Assembly (NCBI GenBank): GCA_001687465.1
Contig: LVLI01000574.1
Span: 1-38,046, forward strand
Length of the DNA stretch: 38,046 nt
Direction of reading: 5' to 3'
DNA from: Halocafeteria seosinensis
Lineage: Eukaryota
Positions 21,101-31,905 of this stretch are shown here, piece by piece; positions within the stretch are counted from its first letter, which is position 1; every line of letters begins with the position of its first letter. A program made the position numbers and the translations under genes. The notes beneath the pieces were generated by a model. The model saw only the letters and a program-made list of their open reading frames with translations, searched no databases and was not told the DNA's origin.

Positions 21101-24100
21101 AAGGGATGCAAGAAACTGTTCTGCAACGTCGTCTAGCGAACTGGTAAAATGCCCAACATTCTTTCGGACGCATTGCACTGCGGCTAATTCCTCACGGTAG
21201 TGTCGGTGAAGCAGGTGTTCTGCATCCCTCCATCTGAACTCATCCTTCAGCATCTTCGGAGGGAAAAATTCGACATACATGCATGCATCTCCACCAGCAT
21301 ACGCTGCACCTGGGAAGCTAGTCTCTTCCGTTAAAGACCTTTCTCCCATTCTTCTGGCGATGGTTGTCAACGAATGCATTTTCGATTCCGGACTGCTTTT
21401 GTTGGGTGTACCAATACAAACTGAAGCTTCATGGGGAGACTTTGAAACGACTAACCAACCATCAAACCAAGCGCAAAGTGGATGTACCCATAGTCCAGAT
21501 GTAGTCAGTAATATCCTCCCAAACGCCGACTGGCAGACAGTACAACAAGGAAACCCCGGCATTGGATCAGCAGAGTACCTAACAGTTGGATCATCACTGT
21601 CCAATCGGGCCCGCATTGCTAGTACCGTATCTATCACACTATCACCTGTTAGTTGGAGGCCAGGAGTCAGTCGCTGAACCGTTCCCTGGACGAGTAAACG
21701 TTGAACAGACGAGAGGACCGTGTTTTTCTGTTCTTTATTTGCTTTTTGGGTAGTTGCAGATATGCTCTTCTTTAGTTTCTGCCTTATTTCTGCATTAGAG
21801 GATTGCTGCATAATCCTAGTTTGCAGCTCGTCAGCAGCACGGGACTGAGGTAGAGAGGAACTAGTGAGAAGCCTGTAATCAAAATCTACCCATCCCTCGC
21901 GGGGCAGCCAAATGCCCTCAGAGGCGATTGCCGCAGCATCAAGCGATTCGGGGCTGCTTTCCCCTCCTTTTGAGCTCCTTTCCAAGTTAACTTTACACAA
22001 GCGAACCCTCAATTTCACACCACTGATATGGAAGGCTGGCTCCGATACAACCTCACCAGTTCGGCTTTTGAAAATAGCGTTTTCATTTCGTGCTTTAATG
22101 GCACGCTCCCTCGACCTAGCTATAACACTCTTCCATTTAGGTGGGGGCGTCAATAGAAACGCTTCACCCTCAGTATTTTTCCATTGCCCCGCAGTATATT
22201 CCGATGGTAAATGACTCCTCAAGGAAGGATCTACGTGGAAAACAGTGCGCGGAATTTCCTCACGATTGGAGAGAACCTTACGCAAAAAGTCACTGACAGC
22301 GTTTGCATCGCTTGTTTTGGTATTGCCATTATCCATTTTATCAGAAGACTCACCAAGAGGATGCCCATCCCGCGTTCTTCCTGAGCTATCTGCTGCGTTG
22401 GTACGTTGTTGAACTTCTCTTCGTAGTTGCTCCTTTAAAGCTGCCGTAGAGTCCCGTGTATCTACATCGCGCAGCATTTCCAACGGTATGCTCAATATAT
22501 TATTCTCAAAACTTTCCCGTAACCATTCAGGAATTGGCATTCCTGCCCCAATTGCAAGATGTTTAACCGGGGGCAAGACTGCCTCTTCAGCGTCACTGTC
22601 ATCACACTCGGTACCATAAAGCATACGATTAAATTCTTCAGTCGTCGTGAAGCTATAGCTCGCTTGAATTCGGGCATACTCTGGACGTATTTCTATGTTA
22701 CTCATGCATTCCAGATTAGTTATCCATGTGCCGGGGGTAAGAATGGAGCAAACCAGATGCACCCATCGTTTATCTGTCGTCTCCTTCAATGCCCCTCCCG
22801 CGCGGCCGCACAACTCGCAAGGAATCTGCCAATGTGGAAGTAGACTCTTTGGTGAGATGTCTGGTCGCTTTGATAAAATAAAGGAACATAAGTCACAGAA
22901 CCAAGGTTCGCTCGGAGCGGGAATGGACTTTACTCCATAGCAGCGCTGGTGTACCGCCAAGTCGCATAAATCACAAAAGACGATAGCGTTATCATCTGCG
23001 CAAATTCCATCAAAGCACACTTGGCAAACAGCATCTTCATCTGAGTCAGTCGCACCCTTGCCGTCTGCCGCTTGAACTGTCCGGATTCTGCGACGCTTAG
23101 GTTCTTCAGCAGATTCAGGGCGTCTGGAACTCGCGCTCAGTACCCAAGATGCCGGAACATGGTCATCATTTCCTCGCTGAGTCTTGTTGAAATCGGGGTC
23201 TCGATCACACAAACCTCTCAGCAATGATTTTTTAACGGGACTCCAGCTCTTCATACGCTTGTAAATCTGTTCAATGGACATTTCCCACGCAAGATCGCGG
23301 GAAAGAGTAGTGCAAACATCATCGTCTCGACGAATTCCCTTGGCAGCAGCTTGCGGCCCATATTTACATTGATTAGAGTTTTCCAAGGATACCTCGCCGG
23401 ATGCTACTATCTTGCCCAAGATTCCAGAGAGTTTACTGCTTAGCTCTCTCAAATTGCGCTGCTGACGGATATACGCGGATTCAAGTTCCAAAGAAATAGC
23501 TTCCCCATCTGTGTTTAGGTCAGTCCCCACTTCACTCTTAGAATAAATATCATTGTCGTCACTACGGCGGTGAATCTTGTCCATTACATTGCGTAAAACT
23601 GGATTGCCGTTGTTGATGTCAAATTCAGCAACAAGACGAGAGCAACCTTTCTGTAGCATGACCCGCAACGGTGCTGACAAAGCGGACATAGAATTTACAC
23701 CGTCTTTCTGATTGCGACAGTAATGACCGTTCAAAATCTGTTGCAGTTTGAGTGTTTCCGTGAGTGTCGTTTTCCTGTTGTCGAGTCGATTTTTCAGAGC
23801 CAAAATCGCCTTCTGCATCTCGTTCTCTCCGGTATTCCTGCTCCGCGTTAGGAAACAGCAAATTTGGTCTAACAATCTAGCATCTAGCGGCCAAAAATAA
23901 GGCCCGACAACATAAACCCAAAAGTGGTAAAGTGAATCTTCGTTGAACTCTCCCTCAGCTTGTTTCCCGGGAGGCCGTACCCCACTATCCAAGCTCTGCA
24001 TCATATCTGTTCTGTAGTGCCGCAAGAACCGTTCGCGGTCAATTCCCTGAAGCCAGACACCGAAGCGGCCCCCTCCACCTGAAGCACTCTGCGTGATAGA

Positions 24101-25334
24101 GTCCATAGATGGATCCCTATTAGAAACTTGTTTCGCATGTTTTACCGAAATGCGGTGGTCCAAGTTCGTGTTGCGGTGTTCGTATAAGCGGCTCTTCTTG
24201 GGCCTTCCGGAAACACGAGATGCTTTTTCGGCAGGTTTCCGGCTCTTCTTTTTCTTACCAAGCTTACTATACATGTCAGTATCAGCTTGTCTAGCCTTAC
24301 CGTGGGATTTGTGGTAAGAACAAAAGCTTTGGATGCTTACCCCATTTTGTGTTTGCGTTGCTGCCACATACACCTCATCACAAGCGAGCGCACAACATGG
24401 ATGGAAGGCAGTTCTGCACTGCCCGTATCCGCACTGCACACACGCTCCATTCGCAGCCTCCCCCTGCTGATTTTTACAAACGCTACACACCAGTTTTCGG
24501 CGTTGTGCATCCAGGAGTGTCACATCAATTCCTTCTAACAAGGGCGGATCATCAAACGTTATTTCGGGGATCATAAGACCACATGCTACATGAGCCCAAA
24601 GGTTCGATGGCTTTTTGACACGTTTAAAACCTCCACAGGATTGATTGCACAAACAGCATCGTATATCAGTGGAGAGATATCCCTCAGAACATGGAGCACA
24701 GTACCACGGCTCAGGTTCGGGAGGTATGTTGTATACGCCATAACACTCCTGCCATAGCACACCGACGTGATACCAACCAGCAAAATTCCTTTGGTAATGA
24801 ATGCATCATCACTTACTTGATGCACACCAATTCCACACTTATCACAAAAGACTATTTGGTTCCCTGGCCACTGCAATAAATTTTGTGAAGGAAGGGAAGT
24901 TGTTACATCGCCGGGAGTCCAGAACGGCAGAAATGCCACTAGGATGAAAAACTTACGCTTTCCGTCTGATAGCACACAACGCATATCTCTGCGTCATGTA
25001 CACCTCCACATTGGTTACTATCCCCTCCTTGACAAGTCAGTTCGTTGGATGCTGCGCCCGACGAAGTCAATGGGATTGTGGCGAGTTTTCTTTCCGACGC
25101 TTGGTCGGCGTCATTTCCCTCAGAAACGGGGAGAGTTGCACGAGTAGTTGTGTCCTCGCTATGAGCATCTGATTGGTCCGTAGACTCTCCCTGGGCGCGC
25201 TCTGTAGCATTTGCAGCGGTGTCGTTGTTGGCGCTAGTCTCCTCAGTTCTGAGACGTGTCGGAGAGCGTCCTTGCGCTTTCGCTGGCTTTTGCCAGGAGT
25301 GTTTTGGCGAATTGAGTTTCTGACGACGCGGCAT
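18164..25334 (-). CDS. Multi-PHD chromatin protein with three PHD-zinc knuckle-ePHD (PZP) modules (NTO1/BRPF/JADE/AF10-like), 3 exons, about 2338 aa
   Basis: Exons 25334-24957, 24870-24817, 24748-18164 (both donors GTAAGT, phase 0) rebuild CVVC..ESWPGNQIVFCDKCGIGVHQECYGV..IP..WYCAPC followed by CCLC..GGFK..WAHVAC..IPE..CSVC..GACVQC..C..AFHPCCA..FCSYH. The second module starts CQVCFDG..NAIVFCDLCDLAVHQRCYGV and the third CGICWQ..LITCQCCGLIVHPTCYGI. Confidence 0.9.
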
Positions 25335-26167
25335 TGGGTATTGATCTCAAATCTCGTCTCTACACCTCGTATATCCTTCGTTAGAACCAAGTTTATCCAG
25401 CCTGAAGTGTTGATGTTTCCGACTCCTTCTCAGTCCAATTCCCTCTCTATTCTGTGCCTATCTCTCCAATTTCAAGCACAGGCTGAAAGAATGGAGTATT
25501 ACCTCTATTGTTGACGTTCTACCTACGCCAACAACGTCGTAAAGAGCCATTAAAATGTCATCATCGCTGCCGTAAAGTCTAGTGCAATAAAAGATTGCTC
25601 GGTCATTGAGCTAGGGCAGTAATACACCGTATGTACGTGGTGTTGTACCCTTGATATACATGTTGACCATGACTGAGAGTAAGTGAGAATACTGTCCCAG
25701 AGTCCATGTGTACCGCGTGGGGAAATGAGAGCTCTATGATGGTTTAAATAATCTTTGAGAACTGAACATTCTAACACATTCTTGTGTTATTGAGGACACA
25801 CTTTCTCCACTGCTGAGAGCTTGTATACCACAGTCCCGGCGTTAAGCAGTACTCTTAGAGCTAGTTGTCACCTGTATCTGTGTTTGTGCGTGTGTGGCTT
25901 TGCAGATGTGGGACAAGGAGCTCTTGGACATTGTCCTTCACCGCGTTTCTACCTCCTTCATCGTGTTTTTTTCCTGCGTAGTGTAGCAGGCAAGCTCTAT
26001 TGCCACTACGTTCCAATCTTGCTTTTAGGTATGGGAGAATGTAGTCTTCCCGTGTTACAGCACAGTGTGTCTTCCGGCTACCTCGGAGTCAGTTCAAGAG
26101 AATACGGACATACAAGCATTCACACACTACAAATGTGATATTATTCGCTTTTGGTTGACAATGCAAC

Positions 26168-27594
26168 TCACTGTACAGTACAATTAGAGCCCGATTTCTT
26201 TACCGCCTTTGTCGGTGGCTTCTTATCGGGACTACTAGCTTCCGCCTTATTAATACGCTTCACGATCTGGGCTGCCAGGGTGTGAAAGGTATCCACGACA
26301 TTGGTGCCATCTTTCGCACTTGTCTCAAAAAATGGCATATCATATTCTTTAGCGGCAGCGGCTCCTCGTTCAGTACTAACTTGTCTGTGCTTCGAATCAA
26401 CTTTGTTGCCCACTAACACTTTGTACGTATTGGGGGTCGAGTGCTGATGTATGTTATCCATCCAATATTTAACATCTGTATCACAACGACGACGCACACA
26501 GATCCAAAATCCCCTTTACCATGTCATTACATTAGGCAGGTACATACTTTTAAATGACTTTTCTTCCGGGTCCGACACATCATAAACAAGTACAATACCA
26601 TGAGCTCCTCGATAATACGCTGAAGGTACAGGCGGTATGGGATATTTGAGTGACCGAACAAACGCAGCTAAATAAATCAAGCATAGATAAATAAACGCAC
26701 CTTGTGTTATCACGTGGAAGTTCTTTTGTCCGGCGGTATCCCATATTTGACACTTTACTTGTTGGTTTTCAACATCCATATACTGAGTCTTGTAATCCAC
26801 CCTGAGCGACCAAACAGTATTAATATAAATTCCATCTTGCTTCACAATTACGGAAAAAATTCATCTAGACGGCGTACCCCATTGTTGGCATCATGGAGTT
26901 TTGAAATTTATCCTCAGCATACCGCAGCATCAGACTGGTTTTACCGACACCTGCTCAAAGAAATGTCGGATCATACAGCATAGCAGGAAAGGGACAAATG
27001 GATACGTAACATACCTTGATCACCAAGTAAGAGTAATTTAATATGTAGATCGAAATGAGGCTGTTCGGTTGTTTTTCCCGGCCTTCTCTTCACTACCTTT
27101 TTCACTTTCTGCTTTTCCTTCTCCTGTTTTTCTAGTTCTCTATTTTCTCCTTCTTCTTGTTCCAAGTGCTTCATGGCCTCATATGTGTTACCACCAATAT
27201 AATAGGAGAGGTCGTCCTTAGGTAAATGCGTCAAGACTTCTTTGGTACGACTAGATACGGGATGCCCTCCCGTAGGAGAATGCCTCCTGCTACTCGCGCT
27301 TCCACCAGTTTGCTGTTCTCCTTTCGTGGGAGATTTTTCAGTCTCCTTCGTCTTTGTCCCAGGACTGTTGTCTCCACTGCTAACCGAGACCGAGGTATCA
27401 GATTCGTCAGATGCGTTCAATTGGTCTATCTCCGCCAGGCCTTCCTCGCTGCTGTGGAAGGAGGCACTCCTCGCTCTCCCTTGACGCCCTCTTCCGCCAC
27501 TACTGTGCTCATCCTCACTACTGTGGCCCTCGTCAGCAACAAAGTCATCGTGAGAGGCCCTCTGGTATCTATCGGGACTGCTCATCGTGTGCAT
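26168..27594 (-). CDS. Rab-family small GTPase (Rab8/Rab1-like) with long N-terminal extension, 5 exons, about 377 aa
   Basis: Exons 27594-27015, 26950-26878, 26801-26701, 26619-26548, 26475-26168 join in frame. Motifs: IKLLLLGDQGVGKTSL, PTMGVDYK, QIWDTAGQ, AYYRGAHGIVLVYDV, LVGNKVD, FFETSAK, C-terminal CTVQ. The start could instead be the ATG at 27585. Confidence 0.92.
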
Positions 27595-28794
27595 ATAGTA
27601 AGAAAACCCTACCTAAATGAGCTGCAACCGGGGGAAGGAACCGAAAATTCCGAATACAAAGAATATACGCACTCAAAACGCGCCTTATAAAGTTGTCACC
27701 ACGTAGATACGTACATTCAAGACCATAGAGTTGCACAATATAATTCAATGCGCTCTTTATTATGCTGTATAAGTCCTTATAAAACTGGCATTCATCCAAT
27801 GGTTCAAAGAGGATCAGATCGCTGCTTTTACCAGCCCTTTCCGTCTATTCCACTCGACCTATGAAAGGTCCAGACAACGCAAAAGTTATCAACGATACAC
27901 TTTGGATGATGTACACACTGTAGAATGGACTATGGCGAGTATTCAAGAGGATAGTTGAAGTAGCGCCTCCGCGGACCCTACTAGTCCCACGCACGCGGTG
28001 GAAGTTACCATAAGGGTGTAATTTGACCTGAAGTCTTTGCGGGACACAAGTTATGATGGTGGTTCAATAATTGAAGACAGGGCAAATTTTAGGAATCTAA
28101 TGGGTTATTGATGTCGTTAGCGCGAGTTCGACGCCGTCGTATCTGCAACCGCACGTGAATGATGAGAACTGAAGCTGAAACCGCCGGTGGGCTATCTGTC
28201 AAATATGTGTATGTGTGCTGAAACCACATGGGTACCGCTCACACCACACGCAGCTGTTATTGATGATTTGGCTATCGACAACAGAAGACAGTTTGAAGAG
28301 CTAAATGGATATTGGTGCCGTTAGGCGAGTGTGGTACGCTATACATCCGCGTCCGGCTTCGTACAACAATACTGGGCTCGCGCAAACAAAGAACGGACAG
28401 TATTGTCCGCGTTGTTAAGCAAGAACAGAGAAAAGTGCTTGCTAACCTAACGTTGTCAATTGTTGGGGGGTTAGGATTGTCATCGGACACTTTGCGGGAT
28501 AACTTCCTAAGCTCGACAGAACAATTCATGTGTCAGACACAGCAAGAACACTTCGTGAATCTAGTATGTATTACCCGAGGGGTATTGTCCGCCAAGGGAG
28601 GTGTAGCCGTTTCTGATCAACATGACGAAGCCGGATAGAGGAGACATTCAAAAACAACGCCAAACACAGGGTTAGTGCAACGTTGGAGCTGAAACGTCTA
28701 TGCAGCTAGTCATTCTACCATACAATTGAACAACATGGAAGATACAGACAACGAATTCATTGCGATCGATACAAAAAAGAGCAGTCGAGGCGCG

Positions 28795-31121
28795 TTACAC
28801 CCCTTTCAAAGGATTAGCTTGATATTGTATGCTATCCGCGGCTGCTTGTCTCTTACCTGTGCCTCCACTGCTGCCAACGGGATTTACCTGATCGTTTAAA
28901 TCTCTTCCTGACTTAGGATTCTTACCCCGCCGTTTCTTGCACAAGACAGCACCTAAGGCGATAGACATTCCAATGAGTAACGCTCCACCGACGGCGATAC
29001 CCGCTATTGCGCCTACCGACAACCCAGAATCTTCAGAAGCTCCGGCGCTACCATCGTCACCCTCTTCGATCGTGATGTCAAGGCCTTCGACGGAGTGCGT
29101 CCTAAGTATACGGTTACCGCCATCATCCCACAGAAGAAGAATCCTCAAATTTCCTTCAAGGGTCTTTCGGTCTGTTGAGGGCGACGAGTATGATAAGTCT
29201 TCTGAAATGAGGGAGGCGCTAACTACAATGCCACTCTCTTGCTGTTGTAGCTGCTGCGCCTCCGTGACAGTGCCAGTAACCTCATCGGAGGAAGCATCAA
29301 TATTTTGCAGTACAATGGCCAGCCAAGACGTAGTCGACTTTTCGTTGCTTCCTCCATACACAATCACTGTTCGTTCTCCAACCCAAACAATGTCGTGTAT
29401 GTGCGAAAGAGAAGATAGATCAATTTCGGAACTTTCGCAGCTCACGCCCTCCTCGTCGCCATCCTGTATGCGGCATAAGGATGGTCCAGTACTGCCTTCG
29501 TTGTCGACGACTAAAAGCATAGTCCTAGATGGGGAGGTAGCGAACATAGGCGAGTGAACTCCAGTCTTGACCAAGACTTGCAATGGGTCCGGAGTGCTCA
29601 CTTTTCGTCCACTCCACCAAGCGGAGTCTACTTTCGCTATGACGGCCGATTCTTCGCCCTCACAATCTAAGCGGATTCCGACGTAAGCAGAGCTTCCGAT
29701 AAGAACTGACATCGAGCCATCCCTAACAGTACATACATCTTCATCCTCGTTCCCATCGTCACGAATCTCAGTTTTTTCTGCACGAATTACTGTGTCCACG
29801 TCGAACGTAGGGAGTGCTGTGGGGGTGGCGGTGGGAGTTTCCGCCGGGCTATGCGTGGGACTTGCAGAAGGAGGGGCAGCCTCCGAAGAAGTCGGGGAGT
29901 GTTCCATTTGCCCCGGAGGTGTAGTCGGCGCAGAAGGAGTAACAGAACCAGTTACAGAAAGAGTAATAGAAGGAGTAGAAGAACGAGTTACAGAAGGGGT
30001 TACAGAAACAGTTCCAGAAGGAGTTATACTTGATTGCGACATGGATGCGCTGCTGGATGGAGACGTTGTAGGGCTTATAGTAGGAGAAGCAGTTTCTTCG
30101 TCCAGAAACCGAAGTTGTCTTGCCGCCGCCTCATCGGAAGCATTTACTGATGGAGACATAGACGGAGTCACACTCATTGAAGGGCTTATAGAGGGACTCC
30201 TCGTCGGTGTTCGGGACGTTGGGGACGATGAAGAAGAAACCAGCTGGGAAGAAATGCTTGGCGAACTCGTTTCTGAAGGTGAGTGGCTTAACGCCCCTGC
30301 AGAGGCACTCGACGTAGGTGCTCCGTCGGACGTTGGACTTGCAGATGGATTGGCTGACGTGGGACTTGCGGAAGGTTTTACGGGAGTAGATGTCGCACTC
30401 GGACTGACTGAGGGAGTCGGCGAGGCTGACGGTTCAAAGAGGTTCCTGATCACAATACCTGCGGCGACATATGGAACATGGAGTGTCTTCCGGCAACTAG
30501 GGAGATCATCCATCCTACATACCCCCGTTTTCAGGATCATCATTCCGGACTGTGGCAAAAATTATCTCCTCCAGGTGCCCCCTGGATACCAATTGTACCC
30601 CTTCTCCAAGGCGGTCTCCGGAATGGCAGTTGTCACAGAGGACCACAAACTGCTGCCCTGGACATGATCCTTCTTCAACTATAGGATTTACTGCTACAGC
30701 ACCGGACTCACTAAATTCTTGCCGAGAATCAGGAAATCCTTCTACTACCATAGCATCCGATTCGAAGTTTTGGCTCCCGGTCGTATTTACATAAGCTAGG
30801 GCCGACGCTTGTCCATACCGTCGGCTACCGCCAGGGAGGCTGCAAATTTCTTCATCGTAGTCATAAATTTCATTCTCAGAGACGGTAATCGATACTTGAA
30901 GATGATCGGACATCCTACGAGGTCCCTGAAAGATCATGCAAAAGGGATAACGCAATAGACTCACATATTGAAGTTTGAGATTCCACGCTCCCAAGAAGTG
31001 GGTTTAAGCTACGTACTTTTCGTAGAGAATCCACCTGCGCTTGTACTCCCGCATTCTGCATCAAGCTGAGAAGCACTACGGCAATAAGCCCCCTAAGCAT
31101 CTTGGTGGGCGTTCGAGCCAT
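28795..31121 (-). CDS. Type I membrane surface protein, paralogue A (Cys-containing globular domain interrupted by a mucin-like S/T/P stalk), 3 exons, about 723 aa
   Basis: Exons 31121-31017, 30925-30523, 30458-28795 join in frame. Signal peptide (LRGLIAVVLLSLMQNAGVQA), S/T/P-rich region, TM helix (AIAGIAVGGALLIGMSIALGAVL) followed by KKRRGK, tail ending YQANPLKGV. Confidence 0.85.
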
Positions 31122-31905
31122 CGTTATAGTTAGAGAACACTGCATTATGTGTTGAACCTGCTGGAGGCAGCCCACTCCGGGAGATCCGTTGGGCTGAAGC
31201 TCATGCAGCCCCCAACGTACAAAACTGCGTTACACTGAGCCTTCGCTGTGTTTTACCGGAAATCAGAGGAGTGCGAAGCATCGCAATCGTCTTGTAACAA
31301 TGGCGTATTGTTTGACTCCAGAAAGGGAAGTCAAAGAACACATGACCCAGTTCGCACGGTCGCACAAGATCGCAGTGACCAACGCGCCACCGAGTCAATG
31401 TCGATGGCAGCAAACGCTAGGAAGTGTGTTATACCTGACTGTGGAGTCGTCCAGACTGCCTGCTTCCACCAATTAAACTTTTGCCTGCATTGCGCGTTCT
31501 TATGATAGTTCTGGGCAAGCCAACAGGCAGACGGTATGCAATATGGTAAGAAATGTTATATTTTGGTAGGAGGGACATGGTTTCATAAGGATCCACTCTC
31601 GAGGGGCAGGAAGTGAGCTCACATTCAGAGCATCAACCCACTTGGGGGATGAACCGTAGTAGGCTTGGAACTTAAGTTAGACAACCTGTGCACCACGCCG
31701 ACAGAAGATCCAGACCGAGGACCTTTTCTTTGCACGCTGAAGTTTCCGGAAGGCGCGAAATCAATGATGAAGTTAGAAATTCTGAGTTAGATACAAAACG
31801 ATACACCCATCGAGGGAAACGGAATAAGGGCAAGAGCGAGCTGTCAGAGTCGGTTCCCAGAATCTTGGGGCGTAGCATGGATACAGAGTAGAAACGAGAC
31901 GGGGA

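Noticed and set aside
25400..26160. Short ORFs 25550-25777 and 25821-26138 between the PHD gene and the Rab
   Set aside because: No ATG-supported model, no recognisable motif and atypical composition; probably UTR or promoter sequence.
28100..28150. B-box-like GAGTTCGACGC suggesting a tRNA
   Set aside because: No cloverleaf, acceptor stem or A-box could be built around it.
27600..28790. 1.2-kb gap with ORFs 28272-28529 and 28312-28638
   Set aside because: No homology cues and no convincing exon structure. A small gene cannot be excluded without transcript data.
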